NCBI GenBank assembly: GCA_026770705.1
Contig: JANJGN010000036.1
Location: 4,092,001 to 4,156,000, forward strand
Origin: Isurus oxyrinchus
Taxonomy: Eukaryota
Direction: 5' to 3'
DNA length: 64,000 nucleotides
The position numbers and the translations under genes were made by a program. Of the stretch, positions 1 through 11,518 are shown piece after piece (positions within the stretch are counted from its first letter, which is position 1; each line of letters begins with the position of its first letter). The notes below the pieces were generated by a model that saw only the letters and a program-made list of their open reading frames with translations, did no database searches and was not told the origin of the DNA.

Positions 1-932
1 AACTCCCTTCCCCACTACATTCCTCTCTTTCCTCATTGAAGACGCTCTTTAAAACGGCCTCTTTGAAGAAGCTGATCATTGAGGCTAATCTCTTGGTTTC
101 AAATTCTGCTCCAAAACTCTGGTGAAACATCTCATGGCGTTTTATTGCGGTTAAACGTGTTATATAATTATAAGGTGTTGCCTGCCAGCTCTTGTACTTA
201 TCCATTACACTACAGGCAAAAGGGAAATATTCATTCACATCTGCTGCTGTACATCCTGCCTGTCTCAGCGTCAACTCTGAAACATGTATAGCACAATCTC
301 ATCCTTTATCTGTTAGTCTCTGTCTCCGTATATCTCTCTGAAATGAGCTTCTCTATTACAGAACAAGGAACAGAGAGAAGTACAGCACAGGAACAGGCCC
401 TTCAGCCCTCCAAGCCTGGGCCGATCATTATTGCCTGTCAAATGGAATTCAGATAAATACCTAAAGAGAAAAATAATTCCAGGGCAAAAATTATAAAATA
501 TCAGCTCTGGAACTTATTTGGCATTGGGGGTGAAAAGCCTAAAGTCATGTCAGAAGCAGCAGGGGTGGTGGCAATGGGTGATCTTTTGTCTCAAATCGAA
601 TGAATGAATTAAAAAGGGCCAAATCCCCTTCTCCGCAAACATGTTTCTCTAGTCTTTGATTAAAGTGATACATCCCGCCCTCTGCTGACGAACTGCAGCT
701 ACTGCACAGACAGGAGCTAAATCATTAGGGAATCACGAAGAGGGAGGACAATATCAAAGTAAAATGGGAGGAACATCAACGCAGCGACAACTTCAGTGTG
801 GAAGTAGAGCTCGGCATTTGTTAACATGACGCATAGAAAACCTGGCAAGACTTTGATAAATTATGGAGGTATGTAAATTACCTGAAATGTCTTTTACTTA
901 CTTTTAATGGTAATGTTTAATATGTTTCCTAG

Positions 933-1013
933 TCTCGGAGAGGACCTCCCTTTGGCTCCCTGGAGTTTGCTGCATTGGGCAAAAGATCAGAAAAGAAAGC
1001 GGGTCGCAGATGA
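933..1013 (+). CDS. Terminal coding exon of an upstream paralog of the VJ-C1 receptor (SRRGPPFGSLEFAALGKRSEKKAGRR*); rest of gene lies 5' of the window; may be a pseudogene
   Basis: Acceptor tatgtttcctAG at 931-932; 81-nt exon colinear with 13837-13917, same stop position; homology continues into the flanking intron and 3'UTR; AATAAA at 1230-1235. Confidence 0.75.
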   Translation, partial: SRRGPPFGSLEFAALGKRSEKKAGRR

Positions 1014-2329
1014 GAATCCGGGTGAATTCTCTCTGATGAATTGTGGAGGAGTCAGGATTTGCCAAAGAACCCACCGCATTTCCGCTGCAATTGCCAAACT
1101 TCAGCAGCCGGTTTAAGGCCAAAAAGCCAACTTTTCGCTCACAACTCATTTCAACTGGACTACACCCGGTGTATTTTCCAAAGAGGAGATATAGAAGGGA
1201 GCAAAGTTTCACTGAACTCAAAACCGATCAATAAATCCTCGCAAATCCATATGCAAAACTTCGGATGATTTTGATGACTTGGTCAGGCGGGAGACATGAG
1301 GCTTTGTCAGGGGGTGAGGGATTTGCAGAAAAGTAGTTCTCTCTCCAAAAATACAATTTATTAATGAAAATTAATGAACGTGCTTATGCAACCCTTAATA
1401 TCTGACATTCCATAAGATGTAATCTAAATTGATTTCTTCCAGTAAAGTATGTTGATCACCACATTTACAAATAGAGTTGACATTTACAAGACAAGTCTTT
1501 GTAATTTAAAGACTTGACTAACTCTTTGTCTTTCTATGAATCTCACTGACTTAATGCTTCAGACCAGAGCTCGAAAGGTTTACTCACTTTCCAAGTTTCA
1601 CACAAAGAGCGGGGAGGGGAGGAAATTAAAGAAAAAACGATCGGCCTGCGATAAACTGAAGAAAAGCGCAGGCTAAATGCTGCAACTTGTCTTTGCGAAG
1701 CAGCTGTGGAAAGAGAGACAGTGACCTTTGGCGAGAAGGATCCTGGGCTTCATCCGTGACGCAGGACTCTGTGCTTTACTTGGTGTTCCGAGGGATGCGC
1801 ACTGAGATAAACATCAACTACCGTCCCATAGGACAGCAAACCGTTCAGACTCTGTATTGCTTTAGTTGTCCAAAAAATATACTTTATTAATTCGACGTGC
1901 TAAGGTACATAACATGGTCGTTCCGCTTTGTGATAAAGTGCAATGCTGTTCAATCTCTTTCAAAACAGTATGCGGCGCTCCGAGGTACTTCAACACCCTT
2001 GTAAACTGGTTAGATTTTCTGACCTCCATTGAGATACGTTAACTCTGTCTAGACGAATGATTAAGTTTTCCTATCCCCCTACTTCATACGGTGCCCAGTT
2101 AACGGGCGGTTAGTTATCTAACGATTCAGGTGTTTCCGTCACTTCTCTACAGCAGCAAAGGGGATCATTTGAACATTCAGAAAAGGTGTAAAATAAGTTC
2201 TATTTAATTAATCACCTGCCAGATAGGAAAATTATGGGTGTTTTCTCATGATTAGTTATGTCAATGTTGCTCATTTCAATCTATTTCGTAGTTATGGGAT
2301 TGTTACCCAGGCTGTCCCTGGGCCAGTCT

Positions 2330-2725
2330 GCTTGAGCGACACCTCATCCAAAACTTCAAATGTTCACCCTCTCCAGCACCGAATCACAGCGACTTCAGCG
2401 TGTAGCATCAACAAGTTGCACTGCAGCAACTTGCCAAGGTCCTTTCGACAGCACATTCCAAACCTGAAACCTCTACCACCTCAAAGTACAGGGGCCAAAG
2501 GGGGCACCATGATCTGCAAGTTGCACAACAGCAAGACATGGACATATTTCCTCCTTCGTCGCTGGGTCAAAATCCTGGAACTCCTTTGCCAATGGATTTG
2601 TGGATCATTTTCGCCACAGGGACTACATTGTTTCAAGGACCCGGCTCACCATCACTTTCTCAGTGGCAATTAGGAAAAAGATGTTTGCCTCGCCATCGAT
2701 GCCCATATCCTGTGAATAAATATTA
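2330..2725 (+). mobile_element. 3' fragment of a CR1/L2-group LINE (family 'A', ...KMHCSNSPR...HLPNP tail)
   Basis: Degenerate match to the fuller copy at 28380-29215, including the gctgggtcaaaatcctggaactcc and gctcaccaccaccttctc tail motifs. Confidence 0.75.
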
Positions 2726-4007
2726 AAAATTAAGGCATTTTAACTTTGGAAAATAGTCTGTATCAGGGATAAATGGATCATTCCACAGTTAGATACTTTC
2801 TTAATTACTTTCTTACCTTCAATATAGGGCAGGAAATTGATCAGATGTTTCCCAGAATTCACTATCATCCCAACTCAACATCGCCCCTGAAAATTGATTT
2901 TAGGAATATCAAAGTATGAGGACTTTCATAGAGTTAAACTGATAAATCCAGGCTGCTGGCTGGCTTTGACTTACGGCTTAGATGGTACCTCCTTCACCTT
3001 TGAATAAGAAGGTTGTGGGTTCATGTCCACTTACAGAGTGATGCTTTCAGTATCAGTACTGAGAAAGGGAAGGAGCACTTGGGAAGGAGCTGTTTCTCAG
3101 GCGCGATTTAGAAATGCGAGCCTGTCAAACATCTCAGCTGCATGCAAAAGATCCCACAGCCACCATTGGAAGACGTGTAGGCGGGGGTGAAAAACTCCTT
3201 TGTGTCCTGAGACCAAAACTTACCCGGCTGTCAAATCTGTCCATTGTCACGTTGATGGTTGTGCGAATTGCTCTGCACAAATTGGCTTATGCGTTTCTCA
3301 CATTACAACGGAAATGACATTTCAAAAAAGAACTTAATTGACTGCCAATTGCTAAGGGATGCACTGAGGTCGCGAAAGGTGCTATAGAAATGCGCGTCTG
3401 TCTCTGTTTTTAAACTCCGAGATCTCATGTTAAGTTGGGGTACCGAGCGGCCAGGTCATTTTAATGTGACTGGAAAGTGTAAAGTGTAAGTGGAGAAAAG
3501 GGAGGGGGAAGGGGTGAAATTTGAATAAAACATGAGCTTTTGGGCCCGATAACAAGGGAGATGAAGAATGAAGAAAGATTGGATATGAGAGTCTTGGACG
3601 GAATGTCCAAATGTTAGCCGGGCTCCAAAGGGACGCTAATATTTTAAAGAGGAGAATAATAGTTCCATCAGAGTTTAACATTTGTTCAGCAGGGATACTT
3701 TCACATGTTTCCCCCTCCTGTCCACACGGGGCCGCTCCAACGCCCTTCATGTCCTTCTATACTCTCTGGTCCTCCCGCAGTCACCTTTTGCCTCCCCCCG
3801 AGCCCGGCTGCTGCTCTTGGCGTGACTGTTTCTCTTTTTCAAAAAACCAAATCGTCAAAGGAAGTAGATCCTCTGCAGATTATTTACAGATTGCTATATC
3901 TCCATTCTCCCCTTCCTGAAATCTGTCTGTGTCGCTGCATAAATGGATCATTGATTCACGTGTTTGAGATGCAAACCAAAATGGAAAAGCAGGCTCCCTA
4001 ATGCCTG

Positions 4008-4690
4008 AGGGATATAGGGAGGATCACTGTGTCCTGAATATCTGTAAGATTTAGCAATTCACACAGAAAGAATAATGCACCTGTACAAGTCAGGGATATA
4101 GAGAGGATCAATGTGTCCTACATATCTGTAAGAGTTAGCAATTCTCACATACAGGATAATGTCCCTGTACAAGTGAAGGATATAGGGTGGATCATTGTGT
4201 CCTATATAGCTGTAGGAGTTAGCAATTCACACATGCAGGATAATGTACCTGTACAAGTGAAGGTTACAGAAAGAATCACTCTGTCCTGTACATCTGTAGG
4301 ATTTAGCAATTCACATACACAGGATAATGTACCTGTACAAGTGAGAGATATAGAAAGGGTTATCATGTCCTATATATCTGTCGCAGTTAGCAATTCACAC
4401 ATACAGGATAATGTACCTGTACAAGAGAATGATATAGAGAGGATTACTGTGTCCTGTATATCTGTAAGAGTTAGCAATTCACGCAAACCGAATAATGTAC
4501 CTGTACTAGTGAAGGTTACAGAGTGGATCACTGTGATCCTATATATCTGTACTACTTAGCAATTCACACACACAGGATAATGTATCTGTATAAGTGAGGG
4601 ATATAGAGGGGATCACTGTGTCCTGTATATCTGTAAGAGTTAGCAATTCACACAGACAGGATAATTTACCTGTACAAGTGAGGGAAGATC
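4008..4690. repeat. 84-bp minisatellite, about 8 copies
   Basis: Unit ~gtacaagtgagggatatagagaggatcactgtgtcctatatatctgtaagagttagcaattcacacacaggataatgtacct; aagtg recurs at 4592 and 4676 (period 84). Confidence 0.95.
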
Positions 4691-4857
4691 CGCATGATGA
4701 GTGTGTGTTACTGAGAGAGAGAGAGAGAGGGAGAGAGGGTTTCCGGCAATATCCAGTGGAGGGACATTGCTCAAGGTGAAGGTGATTGTGGAGTGTGTGA
4801 TTTTTTTTAAAGATAATCTGTGTTAATCACCAATAACCCTACAATTTCAGAGGGGCT

Positions 4858-4932
4858 TGGCCTAAATAGCCAAGTGGTTATGGTACTGGGTTTGTAACCC
4901 CAAGATCAAGAGTTCAAATCTCACAATAGCAA
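4858..4932 (+). mobile_element. tRNA-derived SINE head / tRNA pseudogene (Thr-TGT-like anticodon loop)
   Basis: A-box TAGCCAAGTGG, anticodon arm ggg-TTTGTAA-ccc, B-box GAGTTCAAATC; acceptor stem does not pair. Confidence 0.6.
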
Positions 4933-5599
4933 ACATCATGTTTTCAGTGGCGAATAGCAACCTAAAGTCCAGGCAGCCATTTTTATGGGTGGGGTGGGGT
5001 GGGGTGGGGTGGGGCTTCCCTCCAGACAGGCCCTTGGATGGCCTGCACTAATGTAAAGTTAATGACCCTTTACCCTGGACTTCACCACCGCCACCGACCC
5101 CCACAACCACTACCCCTCATCCCGCTGAAGCCCCGCCACACACAAACACCCCACCCACGGTAGTTAATAGCATCTCTCTCTCCACCCAAATGAACTTAAC
5201 TTCTCTTAAACAGCCCAGTTTACTATAGTTTAGTTGTTGCTTGAGAGTCTCCAATGCTTTGCACTGACTGTTACATTAGTGATCCGGCCAACAGTCAATC
5301 CTTTGGAAAACTGATAGGATCGATTTGAGTTCTACCCCTTTCCCACCTTCCTACTGGCGGTGATTTCAATGCAGCCAAATTCATTCCTGGATAAAGCATT
5401 ACTCCATAAGCCTTAACATATGTTTCTATTGTTAGGTGACAGAGAAATTCCAGATAGAACGATAATAGGTATTGGGATGCAAATGAAGATGATCATTATA
5501 GACTCCTAATAACCTCTGTTAATCTGGAGAAATATTCTTTGCAATCTAAAACTATAAGCAGGCAAAAATATCAAACAAGCATTTCTGGGTGTAAATCTA

Positions 5600-5990
5600 A
5601 GAATGAGAGATGAACTGATTGAAACACCAGGTTCTGCTGGGGCTTCACACGGTGGATGCTAATAGGATGTATCGGCTCGTGGGGGGGATGAAGAATTAGG
5701 GGCAGAGTTTCAGAACAAGAGATCTTCCATTTAAGAAGGAGATGCGGAGGAATTTCTTCTCTCGGTTGGTCGTTAGTTTATTGGAATTCGCTTCCCCAGA
5801 GAGCACTGGATCCTAGGCCATTTGCATATATTCAAGGCTGAATTGGGTGGATTTCTGGTTGACAAGGGAGTCTAGGATGATGGACACGAAAGCGCCCCTG
5901 AGGCCAAAATTGGATTAGCCGAAAACCTACTGAATTGCGGAGCAGGATCGAAGGCCTACTCATGCTCCGATTTCTTCTGATCTTTTCATC
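5600..5990 (+). mobile_element. CR1-type LINE 3' remnant
   Basis: gagatgcggaggaatttcttctct, tattcaaggctga and gcggagcagg..gaaggcctactcatgctcc motifs shared with other CR1 copies in the window. Confidence 0.65.
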
Positions 5991-7249
5991 TTCGGTCACT
6001 TGAAATAAATATTGAAATATGAATTGTCCATTGATCTCAGAATCAAACTGAATAGAATGTGGAAAATATTAAAATATTTTTACCATGCAAATACGTGTTT
6101 GCGTTGAACTGGTTTAGACTCAGTGTTAAATAAAACGAAATTGTTAGTGAAGGGCTTTACAAATAGGTTCAGCTAGTTGATTTTCTTTGTGGGAGATGAT
6201 CAATCGGCTTTCGGATTCAAGTCAAGTAATATTTAAAAGCGATGAACATTAAAGAAACGCTTATTAAAATGTCCCTGTTAGACATCAATACTCACTCGAT
6301 CAACCGCTTTACTGATCCAAATCAGAATCAGGATGATGAGTAGAACCCGGATGATGGCGACAGTTATGGCAATGGATCAAAATGCACCATCCCAACCGAG
6401 ACAAATTAATTAGAAACTACTGATGGGTCAAATCATTCTTTTATGGGACTCCCTCATGGGAAACTTGAGCCAATTATAAAGTCAAAAAAGCAAATCCGTG
6501 CTGCAAATTCTCTGCAAGACTCCATAGGAACCCATGGCAGGGAATCTTTAGGAGAATGCCTAGGAACGGAAGTTGAGAGAGAAGAGGGAGATACATTCAT
6601 CTTAATGTGACTAACCTGGTAGAATGAATTACTGTCAGAATGTGTTTGGTAATGAGCAGACAGTGTTTTTCATTCCTGAGTGTCTGAACTGTTCTGCAGA
6701 AATACTTGACCTTGAATAACAAAGAAGAGAGTCAGTGGACCTTGCAGCAGAGAGCGGGGCTGGGAAACAAAGAGGCGCATTGGCTGTGACCGCGGCTGTT
6801 TACTGCGAGTCTCAGAAAGACACCTCGCTCGCAGCCCATTCGGGGGCTGTGCAAAACACATCGATTGATGTAACTAGCTGGACTTGATTCTGATCGCTTT
6901 TCGCTTGAGATGGAAAATGATTTTAGATCTAGAAGGTGTCGGTGGTTTTCCTGTTTTTACAGTTGAGTACAGAACCGCCTGCATTTGACTCAATGTTAAA
7001 CCGCAGACAGAAGAGCTTTTGCCGTCCAGGGTAGATTCAACTGAACAGAGAACAGTCTGGTGTACATTCACCTCATTTACAGTGTCCTCACCGACCTGAC
7101 ACCGGGATACTGTTTATCTGCGATGCCGGGTATTTGATTTAAAAAAAATAACTGATCCCCAATATTAATCACAATTGATGCACTCCCTTCATCAGAGACT
7201 CAGAGAGATAGTACTATCTATACACAGGCAGCACTGCAACCAATAGCCA

Positions 7250-7545
7250 AGTTTGCCACCACCCAGAAGAGAAATGGGAGAGGGGGCATGTGAGCACCAC
7301 CAACTCCAATTACCCCGCAAGACAAACTCTATCCTGACTTAGAACTACATCGCTGTCCGTTCACCATCTCTGGATCAGAATCCTGGATCTCCTTCCCTGA
7401 CAGCACTGTGGGTCCCCCGACACCACAGGGACTGCAGCGGTTCAAGAAAGCTGCTCACCACCTTCTCAAGGGGCAACTAGGTACGGGCAATAAACGCTGC
7501 CCTATCCCGCGACCCTCACATCCCATGAATGGATACAAATAAATT
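7250..7545 (+). mobile_element. LINE family 'A' 3' tail
   Basis: ggactgcagcggttcaagaaagctgctcaccaccttctcaaggggcaactaggtacgggcaataaa matches 29100-29170. Confidence 0.8.
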
Positions 7546-8027
7546 AGTAGACTGCTGCCTTCAGCAAAAGATGAAGAAAAGTGTGTTTTTATATCCGTTT
7601 CTGATAAACTTTTCACCCACTGTCCCTCAGTTTCACTGCTCTAAAGAATTTTCTCATTACCGATTCCCGCAGATTCTCTCTGCCCTCCTTGCGCTGAATT
7701 CCGGCTGAGAATTAGTTTCCATTAAACCCCAAGGTGGATCTTTAGGAAAATCTGCAACGTTCCGCTGGGACATTCCCGTCGGAAATCTTTATTCCCGAGG
7801 TTACTAACAGATGGCAGACAGGGAAAAATCTCCTTATATATTCAGGGTTTAACAACGCTCCCTTATTGTGGCGCTTTTTAAAAATCATGTCCACTGTTAT
7901 TGCCGCTGGTTACGTGAGCCGGTTCTACCCGGGTTATTTACAGTGAAGCCGCTCACTCAACAGGAGAATGCGAGTGTGATCTCCGTTCAGGATCTAAATT
8001 CAAACCCGGTAAACAGAGGCCTGAGGT

Positions 8028-8243
8028 TCTGAAATAAAAATAGAAAATGCTGGAAAAACTCAGCAGATCTGGCGGCATCTTTAAAAACAGAAAATGCTGG
8101 AAAGACTCATCTGGTCAGAAACAGAAACAGACCTGACGTTCCCACTCCGTGTGACCCTCCTTCCGAATCTTCCTGCTGAGCTTTTCCAGCATTTTCTGTT
8201 TTTAATTCAGAGTTGCAGCAGCCGCAGTATTTTGCTTTTATCT
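8028..8243. mobile_element. Short element with inverted terminal arms (Penelope-derived/SINE-like)
   Basis: gaaaatgctggaaaaactcagcag ... ctgctgagcttttccagcattttc inverted pair; the same arm ends the Penelope fragment at ~38640. Confidence 0.55.
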
Positions 8244-8960
8244 TGGCCTCAGGTCCTGGTCTGATTCTGATGCGGATCAAACGGTTGGTTCATTCGTTCT
8301 GTGAAAAATTCTATAGGAAGTTCCCGTTGGTGCATTTGCTTGTGATCGTATCTAGAAAAAAAGCAAGTCAGCTCCGGGACCAGGAATATAATTGAAAACA
8401 AAGTAGTTATGTTCGTTTCTAGTACCTTGTTCAGACCACACATGGACTAATTGCAGGTTTTTGGACTCAATTTTATAAGAGGTTGACAAGCCTGATACAG
8501 GAGCTGAGAGGTTATAACTAACACGAATAACTGAACAGCCTAGGTCTCTTTTCTTCAAAGACAAGACTAGGAGCGAGCTGACAGAGGTTTTTAAAACTGG
8601 ATCAACTGCGACCTTCTCAATGACAACTAGGGATGGTTAAACTAGAATTAAACTTTAACTGCAATATTCAGCATACATCTATACAATTATAATTCTGTCA
8701 CCCCTTCTGAATGACATCCCCGTAAATTTATTTATAAACATTCTGTGACGCACAGACAGTGAGCACAGTAAGTCAAACGCATTCACCAGGACTCCTCACA
8801 CAAAATGGCGTCACACTTTCCATAGCATAGCTCGTCATCGTTTCCACCGCATCTGAAAGGGGAGCAGCTCACTGTGGCTGAGCTCAGGTCAGTCTGCGGA
8901 CACTCCGGCTGCAGTAAAAAACTGGTAAGAGCGAAAACAGGGAGAACTCACCGCGTCAAG

Positions 8961-9015
8961 ATGTCCAAGGAATCTTTATTTCTGATGCTCATTTTCCAAG
9001 TGCTGAGGTTTTATG
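8961..9015 (+). CDS. VJ-C1 Ig-superfamily receptor exon 1: signal peptide MSKESLFLMLIFQVLRFY
   Basis: ATG at 8961 (aagATG), hydrophobic 18-mer, phase-1 donor G|GTGAGT at 9016. Confidence 0.85.
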
Positions 9016-9286
9016 GTGAGTAAGAGGCGGGTGGGAACTCAGCCAGAATCAGGATTTAAGAAACTGAAAACGTGACCCAGTGACCAGGTGCATGGATTTG
9101 ACCTGATCATGTGAGTTTCTTTACTGGTTTCCCCGAAAAAACGAAGGAATCAAATTGGAGAATTAATCTAAGCGCGAAAAATTAAAGCCATTCATGTAAG
9201 CGTTGTAAAATTATACGCGAAGTCTTTCGAAGCGGCTGCTTTCAATCCCCCAATAACCAATAGTACTCTAACAATAATGTCTCTAG

Positions 9287-9619
9287 TTACAGAATCCGAG
9301 TCCCGTTTGCCTCAGAGTTCCATCATAATGACTGCTGATGTCGGAGAGACGGTGGAATTAGCCTCTCACTACAGTTACGAAGTGGGATTCGTGTCCAGCT
9401 ATTTCTGGTACAAACAGCGTGTGGGTGAAGCCCCGAAACGAATCGACAGCCAGTCCTGTCAGGGAGCCGATTGTAAGTTTATTTCTAAAAAAGGTAACAG
9501 CGAAAATGTGTTGATTCTGGAAATTCGCAATGTCCACGTGAATGACTCCGGTTCCTACTACTGTGCCCGTAGGGGTAACTATGCACCGCTCCGGAATGGA
9601 CCCATACTACTGGTTGGGG
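9287..9619 (+). CDS. Receptor exon 2: V-set domain with germline-joined J-like G strand
   Basis: GETVEL.., FWYKQRVGEAPK, LILEIRNVHVNDSGSYYCAR, NGPILLVG; phase-1 acceptor at 9285-9286 (in-frame alternative at 9291-9292); phase-1 donor G|GTAAGT at 9620. Confidence 0.92.
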
Positions 9620-9701
9620 GTAAGTAAAATAAATTCAGATCGTGCACAGCTTTAATATTTGGTGCAAATTAATCGTTAACTGTGCCCCAATCTCTGTCCA
9701 G

Positions 9702-10031
9702 ACAGTTCCACCAACAATACGACTGTGCTGGTGTTTGTCCCGCCGGGTGAGCTGCATTTGAGGGAAACCGTCCCCTTAGTGTGTTTGGTCAGTGGAGTTT
9801 CTTCCAACCAGATTTTCATTTTCTGGAATATTTCCGGATTGGTCACCGAGGGACAGAACGATCCCGGTACAATGGAAGCGGACGGGACTTACAGTATCAG
9901 AAGTCACGTCATGGTGTCGAGGGAAACCTGGAGAAGTGGTGGCGTCTGTATTTGTATCGTTCAACTGGGGTCTCGAAACAAATATTGGACAAAAAGCGTG
10001 TCGTTCCCCAAACGAGCAGAGGTAGGGACAG
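9702..10031 (+). CDS. Receptor exon 3: C1-set Ig domain
   Basis: VLVFVPP, LVCLVSG, IFWN, DGTYSIRSHVMVSRETWRSGGVCICIV (C1 signature as in Ig/TCR/MHC); acceptor tctctgtccAG 9700-9701; donor G|GTGAGT 10032. Confidence 0.92.
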
Positions 10032-10489
10032 GTGAGTTGGCAATCTGTTCAATGGCGGCTTTTAAGCGACTTTAGAGTCTATTGGAGTGATTAATTAGCT
10101 TTTGAGAACCTGCAGGATGTAAGTTTAATTATAAATATACATCTTATAAATATGTTAAAATAAGCTCGGGTTACATTTGCCCCAGTGTAGACTTCTTGTA
10201 AACAATTTCTGGGCTTTTCTTATATTTCCCCCTCACATCGTAAAATCCTAGAACGATGGACGCGGAAAGAGGGATTTCGGCCCATCGTGCCTGTGCTATC
10301 TCTTTGTAAGAGTTATCCCATTGGATCCACCCTTTCCCACCAACACTGACACATTTTCGTCTTCAATTTAGAACGTGATTCCTCTTCTGAAAGCTATTGT
10401 TGAATCCACTTCCACCGCCCACTCCTGGCAGTGGATCATGGAATGAAATTGAGGTCAGTTCCTCACTCGATGCGCTTTAAAAGCTGGAA

Positions 10490-10985
10490 ACAGCCAAGAA
10501 TGCTTTGGCGAGGGTATACAGGATATTTCCCAGAATGGGACCAGGGATGAAGGACTTCAGTTAATGTGGAGAGACTGTAGAATCTGGAATGTATCTCCTT
10601 AGAGCAGAGAAGGTTCAGGGAGAAATTTAATAGAGGCGTTCAAAATCATGAGGGGTTTTGATGGGATAAATAATGAGAAACAGTTTCCACTGGGCAGGAC
10701 GATCGGTAACCAGAGGGACCCAGGTTGAAGAGAATCGGGGAAATAACCAGAGGAGAAGATGAGGAGATTTTTCTTGAACTAAGCGGGTTGTGATCTGGAA
10801 CACTCTGCCCAAAAGGGCGGTGGAAGCAGATTCAAAGGGAAATTTCCAAAGGAGGAATTGGATAAATACCAGATGGAGAGAATTTTTCAGGGATATTGCG
10901 GGAAGAGCAGAGATGATTGGACTAATTGGGCACCTCTTTCAAAGAGGCTGCAATGGCTCAATCGTCGGGATGGACTGCTTCTAGG
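10490..10985 (+). mobile_element. CR1 LINE 3' fragment in receptor intron 3
   Basis: Degenerate RT C-terminus (ctccttagagcagagaagg..ggagaaatttaatagagg..ttcaaaatcatgaggggttttgat; IWNTLP). Confidence 0.7.
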
Positions 10986-11073
10986 CACCCTTTTGGATCA
11001 CGTTTCCCATCAGACAGTCCCAGAGAAAAATCATTTGACCGAGCAACAGTTTCTAAGTATTTTGTCTCTGTAG

Positions 11074-11175
11074 GATGGTGCAGTCCGGCCCTCCATGTCT
11101 TCATAACTGTCCTGGTGATACTGGTTCTACTCTTGGTCCTTATTTCCATTTGGATTCATAGAAGTGGCAGATCAG
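11074..11175 (+). CDS. Receptor exon 4: Cys stalk plus transmembrane helix (GWCSPALHVFITVLVILVLLLVLISIWIHRSGRS)
   Basis: Acceptor ttttgtctctgtAG 11072-11073; about 20 uncharged hydrophobic residues followed by a basic stop-transfer; phase-1 donor at 11176. Confidence 0.9.
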
Positions 11176-11273
11176 GTGACGATTAATATTTATCAGGGAC
11201 ATTTTCATAATTGGTTGTCCAATGTGACTCCCTGCTCGTAGTTTTAAATTGCTAATTTACTTTCTCCTTTCAG

Positions 11274-11304
11274 AAGAACGAGACAAGAGATCCCACAATG
11301 AAAA
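11274..11304 (+). CDS. Receptor exon 5: cytoplasmic mini-exon (EERDKRSHNE)
   Basis: Strong acceptor ctttctcctttcAG; donor AA|GTGAGT; phase 1 to 2. Confidence 0.8.
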
Positions 11305-11518
11305 GTGAGTAACTGAGGCATTTGAAAACTTCATGGCGAAATCCCTGACTATATTTAACATTGTGTCTAACACAGTTGAACCCTAGCATTGATTCCATCG
11401 ATATATTCTGTCATTTTCCATGAGCTTTTACAATTAATGCAAACACCACTCGACAATTTTCTTCTGCGCCAGGGTTCACAAAACATAACATGTGTTCGAA
11501 ATTTTTGTTCACATCCAG

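Noticed and set aside
907-1116. Track ORFs at 907-1116 and 13673-14020 that resemble each other
   Set aside because: Wrong reading frame of the duplicated terminal exon and UTR; the spliced frame carries the real peptide
4008-4690. CRISPR-like array
   Set aside because: Eukaryotic context; whole units repeat with no unique spacers
4858-4932. Functional tRNA-Thr gene
   Set aside because: Acceptor stem does not pair; better explained as a SINE head
9645-9672. CACAGCT-12 bp-GCAAATTAA as a cryptic 12-RSS after the V exon
   Set aside because: Nonamer matches only 4/9, and it lies in the intron beyond the J-like strand and splice donor, not abutting a V coding end
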